Positions 38,107 to 47,806 of a stretch of DNA of 64,000 nt are shown one piece after another. How positions within the stretch are numbered: position 1 is the first letter of the stretch; every line of letters starts with the position of its first letter. Under the pieces are notes generated by a model. That model did no database searches. It saw only the letters and a list, made by a program, of their open reading frames with translations, and was not told where the DNA came from. The translations under genes and the position numbers were made by a program. Source of the stretch: an uncultured Oscillospiraceae bacterium (GTDB taxonomy: Bacteria > Bacillota > Clostridia > Oscillospirales > CAG-382); NCBI GenBank assembly GCA_964485815.1, contig CAZAJX010000001.1:7866-71865 (forward strand), given 5' to 3'.

Positions 38107-38494
38107 GTGGACCAAAGCCGACAAAAATGTCCAACCAGGGAGTGAGGAGAGAAAAATTTATTTTTTTCGTAAAAGCGGACCAAAAGACATTTTATTCTCC
38201 AACAGAGGGTGAGAGGAAAAGTTTTTGAAGATTTTTTGAAAATGGGTCCCCAATAAGCCCTTCAAATCTCCGTATAGCGAAAGACGGAAAATTTCTTTAC
38301 GTTTTTCTTCGATTTTCGTCATTTGGAGCTTTATTTCTCCAACAGGTGGTGAAAAGAAAAATATTTTCTCGATTTTTCGTCATTTGCGTTCCAAAAATTC
38401 CAACTGGGGAGTGAGGGGAGAAAAAAACATAAATTTTCATGCTTTGGTGGAAATACAGCACTCAATTTTCCAACTGGGGGGGTGAAGGCACCCC
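38107..38494. repeat. array of six degenerate direct repeats (~68-bp period); candidate iterons/origin
   Basis: The core TCCAAC-N(1-2)-RGNGRGTGA-purine run-A(n) starts at 38130, 38198, 38338, 38399 and 38469. A degenerate copy lies near 38269. Units 1 and 2 also share G(T/C)GGACCAAAG at 38107 and 38175. The region has no long ORF supported by an RBS. Confidence 0.6.
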
Positions 38495-38562
38495 AACAAC
38501 CAAGAAAGGAGGTACACCGATGAACACAACGCTTACAACAAAAACGAAAGGAGGTCGATACG

Positions 38563-40857
38563 ATGCAGGATTTTATGGCGGAGATGAAAGCAATGCCCAT
38601 ATGGTTTCATTGGCATTGGGAACAGGATAAGAACGGACGGCAGACCAAAGTGCCGCACGATGCGAGGGGCGGAGTAACCGGAACTTCGGAGAATTGGTCG
38701 CATACGTGGGTCACATACGAAGATGCGCTTGCCCTAAAAGATGAGCAACACGCCTCGGGACTCGGCTTTAAGGTGCCTAACGGATACTTCTTCCTCGATG
38801 CCGATCATTACGGACTTGAAGACCCTTTTATACAAGTGCTCCTTGAACGCTTCAATTCATATACGGAGCGTTCGGTCAGCGGCGGAGGCATTCATATTTA
38901 CGGCAGATGCGATGTCGGAACGCTACCCATTATTACCGATAAAAACGGAAAGCAAAAGCTCGACGGCGCATTCTACGTAAAAAATCCCGGCAACCGCCTT
39001 GAGCTTTATATCGGTGATCTCACCAACCGCTTTGCCGTATTCACCGGAGACGTGGTATGGGAGCAACCGCTCAAAGATTGCACCAATGCCGTGCTGACAA
39101 CCCTCGATAAAAATATGCGCCGATCCGAAAAGAAAAAGTACAGCAAAAGCCGTGATGGGGACAAGGTCACCTTTGACCTCATCTGCAATCTGCGAAAGCA
39201 GAAGAACGGAGATAAATTCCGCAAGCTCTTCGATGACGGTGACATCAGTGACTACGGCTCTCACTCCGAAGCCGATGCCGCCCTCTGTGCCTTGATAGCT
39301 TTTCGCACCGGGGATGACCCCGATATGATCGATACGCTCTTCCGACAATCGGCTCTATATCGTGAAAAGTGGGAGCGTGATGACTATCGGAGTGCCACTA
39401 TCAATATTGGCATTCGTGCCTGCAACGGCGAATATCACCGCTCCAAAATGCCTCATCCGTATTTTGTCAAGTTCAACGATGAAACGGGACAGCCGTATAT
39501 AAGCATTCCTCTTCTTGCCAAATACGTGCGAGAGCATCTTTGCTATCTGCTTGTCCGTGACAATGGTAAACAAGGACTCCTTCGGTACGTTTACGATGAG
39601 GACGGATGCTACCGCTTATATTCCTCGGATATGTTCCTCGGAGCAATCAAGCGGTTTATTGCCGACTACGATGAGGAGCTTGTGAAAATGAGCAAGGTCA
39701 ATGAAGTCTTACAGCACATCAGCACCGATCTCAACTATATCAGCCAAGAAGAGTTGGATAGTGACGAAAGCATTATCAATTTCAAAAACGGTTTGCTGCA
39801 AGTCACGGAGACGGACACAACACTTCTTTTGCACACACCCGAGGTCATCTCTACCATACAGATCCCGTGTGAGTGGCGTGGGCATCCGACCCCAACCCCA
39901 GTGTTTGACCGTTATATGCATACCCTCACCAACGGAGATAAATCCACCGAGGAACTCCTCTTACAGTTCATAGGCGCGTGTATTTCCAATATGAAAGGAT
40001 GGCGAATGAAGAAATCGCTCTTCCTTGTAGGTGACGGCAACACGGGTAAATCACAGCTCAAAAGCCTTGTGGAGCGGTTGCTCGGCAAAGGCAACTTTAT
40101 CGGTATTGACCTCAAGGAGATTGAGGCTCGGTTCGGCACGGGTGCTGTGTACGGCACTCGTCTGGCGGGTAGTTCGGATATGAGTTTTCTTACCGTGGAC
40201 GAGCTTAAGACCTTTAAGAAGATGACGGGCGGTGACAGCCTATATGCCGAGTTCAAGGGGCAACAAGCCTTTGAGTATACCTACGGCGGACTCCTGTGGT
40301 TCTGTATGAACCGCTTACCGAAGTTCGGTGGAGACGATGGGCAATGGGTGTATGACCGCATTATGGTAGTCAACTGCCCCAACGTGATACCGAAGGAAAA
40401 GCAAGACAAAATGCTCCTCGATAAGATGTATGCCGAGCGTGAGGGTATCGTCTACAAAGCCGTAAAAGCCTTGCAGACCGTTATCGCAAACGGCTATAGG
40501 TTCTCCGAGCCTGAATCCGTAAGCCTCGCACGTGAGCGTTATATGAACGAGAACAGTACTGTGGTCTCCTTCTTTGAGGAGTGTATGTGTCCGCTCCCCG
40601 GCGGCAAAATCAATCCCCATTGTACTACCGGGCGCATCTTTCGTGTGTACCAGGCTTGGTGCTTTGAGAACAACCACGGCTATGCGAAGTCAGCCAAGGA
40701 GTTCCGCGAGGAGCTTACCAACTACCTCGGTACTACCTATGCCGATATGACTACGCGCCAAAAAGGAAACACCTACTACCGCGAGTACACGCTCACGCTT
40801 GAAACCAAGGAGCAATATTCAAGGGAGTACGGCTTTGATACCACAGAGTTCTTATGA
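38563..40857 (+). CDS. bifunctional primase-polymerase (AEP) / PriCT / D5_N-SF3 helicase (P4-family phage/plasmid primase)
   Basis: 764 aa. RBS AAAGGAGG. AEP motifs FFLDADHYG and SGGGIHIYG. PriCT-like SHSEADAALCALIAFRTGDD. Walker A VGDGNTGKSQ. Confidence 0.85.
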   Translation: MQDFMAEMKAMPIWFHWHWEQDKNGRQTKVPHDARGGVTGTSENWSHTWVTYEDALALKDEQHASGLGFKVPNGYFFLDADHYGLEDPFIQVLLERFNSYTERSVSGGGIHIYGRCDVGTLPIITDKNGKQKLDGAFYVKNPGNRLELYIGDLTNRFAVFTGDVVWEQPLKDCTNAVLTTLDKNMRRSEKKKYSKSRDGDKVTFDLICNLRKQKNGDKFRKLFDDGDISDYGSHSEADAALCALIAFRTGDDPDMIDTLFRQSALYREKWERDDYRSATINIGIRACNGEYHRSKMPHPYFVKFNDETGQPYISIPLLAKYVREHLCYLLVRDNGKQGLLRYVYDEDGCYRLYSSDMFLGAIKRFIADYDEELVKMSKVNEVLQHISTDLNYISQEELDSDESIINFKNGLLQVTETDTTLLLHTPEVISTIQIPCEWRGHPTPTPVFDRYMHTLTNGDKSTEELLLQFIGACISNMKGWRMKKSLFLVGDGNTGKSQLKSLVERLLGKGNFIGIDLKEIEARFGTGAVYGTRLAGSSDMSFLTVDELKTFKKMTGGDSLYAEFKGQQAFEYTYGGLLWFCMNRLPKFGGDDGQWVYDRIMVVNCPNVIPKEKQDKMLLDKMYAEREGIVYKAVKALQTVIANGYRFSEPESVSLARERYMNENSTVVSFFEECMCPLPGGKINPHCTTGRIFRVYQAWCFENNHGYAKSAKEFREELTNYLGTTYADMTTRQKGNTYYREYTLTLETKEQYSREYGFDTTEFL

Positions 40858-40864
40858 CCCCTTG

Positions 40865-41000
40865 GGTAGCAGAGGTAGCAGTAGTAGCAGTTTCAAAATC
40901 TTCTCAGCAAAATTCAGAAAACCTTATAAGTAGGTGTATAGGTAGAAAGAAGATATAAAAATCTGTCAGCAGAATTGAAATTACTGCTACCTCTGCTACC
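40865..41000. repeat. 19-bp perfect inverted repeat separated by 98 nt
   Basis: GGTAGCAGAGGTAGCAGTA (40865-40883) and TACTGCTACCTCTGCTACC (40982-41000), directly after the primase stop. Confidence 0.8.
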
Positions 41001-41170
41001 TACACGAAAGGAGGTGGTGCCTATGATTGTGTTTACCGATGCCGAGGGCCCGGTCAAATCTCTGTGACTAAAATTACGGAAAGCGGGCAAGGGCTCTCAC
41101 GCACAAAAAGAAGAATTCAAACGGGGTATTAACCCCTATTCAAACAAAATCAAAAATTGGAGGATTTTCT

Positions 41171-41440
41171 ATGAAATTTAAGCCTGTTTACAACAAAAAA
41201 CACCGTGTTACCGCTTCGGACAGAGAGGCATTTACCACTCAGGACTACACCTGTATGTTCATTCTGCAGACGATGAAGGGACAGCCCGTCGCAATATCAA
41301 GATCCAATGATCTCGATTGCCTCATTTGGAGAGTACAGTATGGCTTCTCCACAATCTACTTTGGTGAGTACGCCGATGCGATGGATTATTGCCGTGAGCG
41401 TTTCTGTGACCTCAACGGCAAACCGATCAAGTGCAAATAA
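41171..41440 (+). CDS. hypothetical protein (element-encoded)
   Basis: 89 aa. RBS TGGAGG 8 nt upstream. No recognisable domain. Confidence 0.55.
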   Translation: MKFKPVYNKKHRVTASDREAFTTQDYTCMFILQTMKGQPVAISRSNDLDCLIWRVQYGFSTIYFGEYADAMDYCRERFCDLNGKPIKCK

Positions 41441-41452
41441 GGAGTGCATATT

Positions 41453-41734
41453 ATGACGGAAATCAAGTATCACCCCTTAATCAAAGCCTCGGACGATGGC
41501 ATTGAGTTCGTGCCGATGTTCTCTACAAATAACGAGAAGACCGTCAAGGAAACCCACACGATGTACCTTGAGGAAATCATCCCCCGGTACTATCGCTTGA
41601 AAACAACGGCTACTCAAAAAAAGACTACCGCCTATAAAATCCATTGCCCCTCGTGTGGTGCCGTTATGGATAAGAGCGGCGGCTCTGTCTCCGAACACAA
41701 ACTTTCGCTCTATGCTTGCCCCAAATGCAAGTAA
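41453..41734 (+). CDS. hypothetical zinc-ribbon protein (element-encoded)
   Basis: The ATG at 41453 follows TAAGGAG. C-terminal CPSCG...CPKCK. Confidence 0.55.
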   Translation: MTEIKYHPLIKASDDGIEFVPMFSTNNEKTVKETHTMYLEEIIPRYYRLKTTATQKKTTAYKIHCPSCGAVMDKSGGSVSEHKLSLYACPKCK

Positions 41735-41758
41735 ATCAAAAATCAGGAGGATATCTAT

Positions 41759-41974
41759 ATGACACTCACAACACAAGCTCTGTGTGAGCACTTTCGCAAG
41801 CACAACAACCTCACTCTCTACACAAAAGACGGCATCCCCGTTACTTTTGAGATCGGCTACAGATATGCCGTGGCAGAAAAATACGAATCACACGGATTTA
41901 AGGACATTGACAAATTGGTTGCCTTTTGCAACAAGTACGGCTTTTCCTTCAAACCCGTCATCACATCTCTTTAA
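41759..41974 (+). CDS. hypothetical small protein (element-encoded)
   Basis: 71 aa. RBS CAGGAGG. Shares Y..D...HG.K...L..(F/Y)C...G(F/L)SF with the next ORF, so the two look like tandem paralogs. Confidence 0.55.
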   Translation: MTLTTQALCEHFRKHNNLTLYTKDGIPVTFEIGYRYAVAEKYESHGFKDIDKLVAFCNKYGFSFKPVITSL

Positions 41975-42018
41975 GGCTGTATGCGCCTTAAAATTCAACA
42001 CACAAAGGAGATTTTACC

Positions 42019-42234
42019 ATGATTAACAAAGAACGTCTTGAAAAGATGCTCAAAAAGGACGGAAAAGTTGCCGTCTACCTTCCTGACAACACCCAGTGCA
42101 AAGTTGTTGCTCAACCTGTGATTCGTCTTGTAAAAGAAGGTCACAAGCCTATTGAGTTTCCCATTGATTGTCATGACCTTTGGGAGTACTGCCTTTTGAC
42201 GGGGTTGTCATTTACACAAAACAACAAAAATTAA
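42019..42234 (+). CDS. hypothetical small protein (element-encoded), paralog of 41759..41974
   Basis: 71 aa. RBS AAAGGAG. See the previous entry. Confidence 0.55.
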   Translation: MINKERLEKMLKKDGKVAVYLPDNTQCKVVAQPVIRLVKEGHKPIEFPIDCHDLWEYCLLTGLSFTQNNKN

Positions 42235-42248
42235 AGGAGGATATCATA

Positions 42249-43187
42249 ATGAGTAATTACGCAACCAAGCTCCCTTATATCGAGGGCATTGACTACGCAG
42301 ACCAGTTTTGGAATGCCGCACGTGGCAAAAAAGGACATAGGGAGGCATTGCTGAAAGGTATGGACAACCGCACGGGGGCTTTTACCATCACTCCCGCATC
42401 GCAGAAAAAGTATTCCGAGCTTTTGAAGAAGCAGAGTTTGTTCAGAACCATTGCCACCGACATTTGCACGTATAACAGCGATAACAGTATCAAAACCGTC
42501 AACGAAAAGGACGTTGCCGTTTGGGTACCGGACGGCGGCTCGATTTCTCTCAGTGATGTAGCGGAGGATTTTGATAACCTCTCTCTCGATAGCCACAAGT
42601 TGGCAACCTTCCTTAAGATTGAGGAGTCATTCGTGCAGGATGCCACCTTCAACTTTGAAGATTATCTGCTGAAGCGTTTTGCCAAGGATTTCGGCAGAGG
42701 TGAGGATGATGCTTTCATCAACGGCTCGGGAGTGGATATGCCTACCGGAATTCTTGCGGACAACGGCGGTGCGGATATCGGTGTAAAAGCACAAGCCATT
42801 ACCTATGAAGACATTGTAAAGCTGTTCTTCTCGGTAGAGCCGGAATATCGTAAAAATGCCGTATGGATTATGAATGATGAAACGGCATTGGCTCTCCGCA
42901 CTCTCAAGGACGATGGCGGCAACTATATTTGGAATCACACCAATGACACCATTCTCGGCAAAAAGGTATTCATATCCGAATTTATGCCTTCAGCTGCAAC
43001 CGGTACAAAGCCTATTGCTTTCGGTGACTTCAGCTACTATTGGATCGTAAACAGAAGCCCCCTCAGTGTTCGCACCCTTACCGAGCAGTTCATCATAAGC
43101 GGATGCATCGGATATTTGGCATTTGAGCTTCTTGACGGAAAGCTCATCCGCCCCGAGGCAATCAAGGTCATTCAGGTGACCGAGTGA
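42249..43187 (+). CDS. phage major capsid protein, HK97 family
   Basis: The ATG at 42249 follows AAAGGAGG. 312 aa. HK97-MCP-like pattern: LFRTIAT, EDDAFINGSGVDMPTGIL, NAVWIMNDETALALRTLKDDGGNYIW, ILGKKVFISEFMP, IAFGDFSYYWIVNR. Confidence 0.8.
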   Translation: MSNYATKLPYIEGIDYADQFWNAARGKKGHREALLKGMDNRTGAFTITPASQKKYSELLKKQSLFRTIATDICTYNSDNSIKTVNEKDVAVWVPDGGSISLSDVAEDFDNLSLDSHKLATFLKIEESFVQDATFNFEDYLLKRFAKDFGRGEDDAFINGSGVDMPTGILADNGGADIGVKAQAITYEDIVKLFFSVEPEYRKNAVWIMNDETALALRTLKDDGGNYIWNHTNDTILGKKVFISEFMPSAATGTKPIAFGDFSYYWIVNRSPLSVRTLTEQFIISGCIGYLAFELLDGKLIRPEAIKVIQVTE

Positions 43188-43197
43188 GGACGAGCCT

Positions 43198-43365
43198 ATG
43201 GAGAAAACCAAGGAACGCTCTCATAAGACCGAAACCATTATTGACGGTACGGTCTATATCGTGGAATCGGTTAGTGCCGATGCCGCCAAGGATGTGGTTT
43301 ACGGAAAGGTGAAAAAGCTCATCATCGACCACGCAAAGTTATCCGTAAGTTCACAAGCATCATAA
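43198..43365 (+). CDS. small TnpW-like protein (not in the supplied ORF track because it is under 60 aa)
   Basis: The ATG at 43198 gives a 55-aa product MEKTKERSHKTETIIDGTVYIVESVSADAAKDVVYGKVKKLIIDHAKLSVSSQAS. The pattern (T.Y.V....A.......KV..LI) recalls the small proteins next to TnpX-type recombinases. Memory-based. Confidence 0.4.
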   Translation: MEKTKERSHKTETIIDGTVYIVESVSADAAKDVVYGKVKKLIIDHAKLSVSSQAS

Positions 43366-43438
43366 CACAAAAGACTTGACTTTTTGGCGATAGTACGGGA
43401 TAATACAGTACCGCTTGAAGGCTGTCGGAAAGGAGTAA

Positions 43439-45091
<1,653 letters not shown>

Positions 45092-45176
45092 CCGAATTAA
45101 CGACTATGCCATTTTCCCAGGGATGCAAAATCCCTAATTTGCACCCACACACGAGGTGATTTTTTCGTATGTAATT

Positions 45177-45935
45177 TTAGCAGTATTCCGCTTTTCCCGT
45201 CATAAACACTCTTCTATCGGAGCATACGCGGATAATAAGCTCGCCCTTGGCAAGAGAAACGGTTATATCCGTATCCGCATCGCAATATCCCTTTGCCACG
45301 GCTACGGCGGCAAGGGCGCAAGCTCCGGTTCCGCAAGCGGCAGTTTCTCCGCTTCCCCGTTCCCACACACGCATTTCAAGTCGGGTACGGGAACACACCT
45401 TGGCAAATTCCGTATTTACACGGTTGGGAAAGCATCTGCTATGCTCGATAACGGGACCGATCTCCTCCAGACAAAGCTCCTTCGGATTATCGCAAAAGAT
45501 AACGAAATGAGGGTTACCCATAGAGGCAGTAGTACCGTGAAACACTTTTCCGTTTGCGGATACGGCGATATCGTCCATTACCTCGGATATTCCCATATCC
45601 ACTTTAATTAACTCGGTAACTCCGTTTTCGGTGATAGGATACAGCTTTTTTACCCCTGCCCCCGTTTCCAGAGTTATGCAGGGCTTATTGACCATACCCT
45701 TATCTACTGCGTAACGTGCTACACAGCGCGCGCCGTTGCCGCACATTTCCGCTTCGCTTCCGTCTGCGTTGAAGATGCGCATTTTAATATCGCAAATATC
45801 GGAGGGCAAAACGAGGATTATACCGTCTGTACTATATTCTTTTGAAAGTATAACGCTTTGCTTTTCCGGATCGTCTATATTCCCGTTTATAATAACGTAG
45901 GAATTGCCGATACCGTGCATAGGGGTATATTCCAT
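45177..45935 (-). CDS. dapF: diaminopimelate epimerase
   Basis: The ATG at 45935 (MEYTPMHGIGNSYVII). Catalytic Cys motifs MCGNGARC and TAACGTGA. Confidence 0.85.
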   Translation of the reverse strand: MEYTPMHGIGNSYVIINGNIDDPEKQSVILSKEYSTDGIILVLPSDICDIKMRIFNADGSEAEMCGNGARCVARYAVDKGMVNKPCITLETGAGVKKLYPITENGVTELIKVDMGISEVMDDIAVSANGKVFHGTTASMGNPHFVIFCDNPKELCLEEIGPVIEHSRCFPNRVNTEFAKVCSRTRLEMRVWERGSGETAACGTGACALAAVAVAKGYCDADTDITVSLAKGELIIRVCSDRRVFMTGKAEYC

Positions 45936-45937
45936 TT

Positions 45938-46138
45938 TTACTCCTTTTTGGAAAACAGAGTGCATCCGTATGCCCGATATTCCTCGATAAGCTGACGTAT
46001 ACGCTCTTCGGACGCGCCGAAATGCTTTGCAAGACACGGAATGCACATAAATTCCTCCGCGCCTCTGTTTATCATCTTTTTATGGCATCCGATATCGTCT
46101 GCTGTGAGGGAGACGCCGCAACGGATACAATTAGGCAT
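45938..46138 (-). CDS. small Cys-rich (zinc-ribbon-like) hypothetical protein
   Basis: 66 aa. CIRCG...CIPC pairs. Tightly packed between GH27 (8-nt overlap) and dapF (2-nt gap). Confidence 0.45.
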   Translation of the reverse strand: MPNCIRCGVSLTADDIGCHKKMINRGAEEFMCIPCLAKHFGASEERIRQLIEEYRAYGCTLFSKKE

Positions 46139-47264
46139 CGACTATCTTACATCTGAACAGACGACAAGCATGGGGCTGAAGGTTATAAAAACGCATAACG
46201 TCAACAGCTTCGCCGGTTTCACCGGTCCAAAGCTCTTTCCACACAAGCTTTTTGCCCGTTGCATATCCAAGACCGATACTGTCAAGCTGGAAGTTGGGAC
46301 CTTCGACGTTGTCACCCATATTGAATACGCCGATGGCGAGATCGCCGTCATCAAGACGCTTTGCGATCATATACACTCTGCCTGCCCACCAGTTATCGGA
46401 TTCGATAATATAAGCCTGACGGCAACCTGGATCCTGATTTATGGCAATAACGTCTTTATTTAAAAGAATGGATTTGGTTTCGTCCGTCATATCTCTTACG
46501 TCGCAACCGATCATAAGAGGAGAATTGAACAATGCCCAAACGGTAAAGTGAGTTTTATATTCCTCAAAGGTACAGCCCGTAACGCCTACGTTACCCTTGC
46601 CGTTCATACCAACGACCAACATATCCATATCGTTAAAGCAGCCCGCGCCGTTGTAATCCCAGATATTAAGCTGATGCAGAGTAAGATCTCTTATAGATGC
46701 CCAACTATCCACGATATCGCCGGTGGAGCGCCACATATGCGCACCTGTGGTCTTTATCCATTTATGTGTTTCGTGGCTTCCCCAAGAGCAAGCGGAAAAC
46801 AGAATATCTCTGCCGCTGTTTGCAAGGGCGTTGCCCATTTTTTTATAAAGCAAATGTCCGGGTACGAAATTGGGACGGTAGCAATAATCGTATTTAAGAA
46901 AATCCACTCCCCATTCGGCAAAGGTCTTTGCATCCACGTACTCGTGGTCAAAGGAACCGGGATAATCCGCGCAGGTTCGTGTTCCCGCACAGGAATACAT
47001 ACCGAATTTAAGTCCCTTTGAATGAACGTAATCCGCAACAGCCTTCATTCCGTGAGGGAATTTTACGGGGTCGGCAACAAGCTTGCCCTCTGCGTCACGT
47101 TCACGCAGGGACCAGCAATCGTCAATAACAAGATAATTGTAGCCTGCTTCCAACAGACCGTTTTCTACCATAGCATCCGCAGTGGTGCGAATGAGTTCGT
47201 CATTTATATTCGGGCCGAAAGTGTTCCAAGAATTCCAACCCATCGGGGGTGTTTTAACTACCAT
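46131..47264 (-). CDS. alpha-galactosidase, GH27
   Basis: The ATG at 47264 (MVVKTPPMGWNSWNTFG). Motifs IDDCWS, LKYDYC and DMLVVG match GH27 signatures. Confidence 0.85.
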   Translation of the reverse strand: MVVKTPPMGWNSWNTFGPNINDELIRTTADAMVENGLLEAGYNYLVIDDCWSLRERDAEGKLVADPVKFPHGMKAVADYVHSKGLKFGMYSCAGTRTCADYPGSFDHEYVDAKTFAEWGVDFLKYDYCYRPNFVPGHLLYKKMGNALANSGRDILFSACSWGSHETHKWIKTTGAHMWRSTGDIVDSWASIRDLTLHQLNIWDYNGAGCFNDMDMLVVGMNGKGNVGVTGCTFEEYKTHFTVWALFNSPLMIGCDVRDMTDETKSILLNKDVIAINQDPGCRQAYIIESDNWWAGRVYMIAKRLDDGDLAIGVFNMGDNVEGPNFQLDSIGLGYATGKKLVWKELWTGETGEAVDVMRFYNLQPHACRLFRCKIVDA

Positions 47265-47437
47265 AAATTTACAATCCTCCTTGTATTTTATGAATAAATT
47301 ATATGTTATTAAAAATAAAAAGTCAACCACTTTATACAAAAGTTATTGAAACGGTGTATAATAAGTGATATAATGAAAAAAATAAGTGCAGTTTAACCGA
47401 CTACTGTAACGCGTTAAATATGAGAAGGAGAAACTGC

Positions 47438-47758
47438 ATGAAAAAATCTTTATTTGTTTTGTTGGCTCTTTGCGTTATCGCTTTAGGAGCGCTTACCGCA
47501 TGTGCCAGCGGATGCGACGATCGAACAGATGCGTCCAACACCTCAACCACATCCAGACCTAACGTGTCCAAGGATAACAATTCAAGGGTTGAAAATTCCA
47601 AAAACGACACATCTTCGCCCGTTTCCATACCTGACGTATCTATGGATATGTCTGATATGAGCATTATTCCCGATATGAGCGATATGTTTCAGGATGACAG
47701 CACTATCGGCGATTATTCCGACGGTATGCTGCAGGAATCCGGCAGCGGCTCGAAGTAA
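47438..47758 (+). CDS. small acidic lipoprotein
   Basis: The ATG at 47438 follows GAAGGAG. Signal peptide plus lipobox (LGALTAC). Ser/Asp/Met-rich repetitive tail. Confidence 0.55.
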   Translation: MKKSLFVLLALCVIALGALTACASGCDDRTDASNTSTTSRPNVSKDNNSRVENSKNDTSSPVSIPDVSMDMSDMSIIPDMSDMFQDDSTIGDYSDGMLQESGSGSK

Positions 47759-47806
47759 AAAAGCGGCTTTCACGCCGCTACATAATATATTCAGGAGGTA
47801 CATATT

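Noticed and set aside
38107-38494. Possible CRISPR array
   Set aside because: The repeats are degenerate rather than near-identical. The ~68-nt period contains shared spacer-side sequence, and no cas genes or leader are present. The array is interpreted as iterons instead.
38331-38630. ORFs of 89 aa (minus) and 63 aa (plus) inside the repeat array, plus a 36-codon sub-ORF from the ATG at 38520 behind AAGGAGG
   Set aside because: Both long ORFs run through the degenerate repeats, give low-complexity translations and lack RBSs. The 38520 sub-ORF does have a strong SD and overlaps the primase start. It could be a leader peptide, but nothing else supports it, so it is not called.
41033-41077. 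14-codon ORF (MIVFTDAEGPVKSL) with a very strong SD
   Set aside because: It is too short to call as a gene. It is mentioned under the inverted-repeat finding as a possible leader peptide only.
45156-45611. 151-aa plus-strand ORF starting near the island's right junction
   Set aside because: It is antisense to dapF, which has clear catalytic motifs. It has no RBS.
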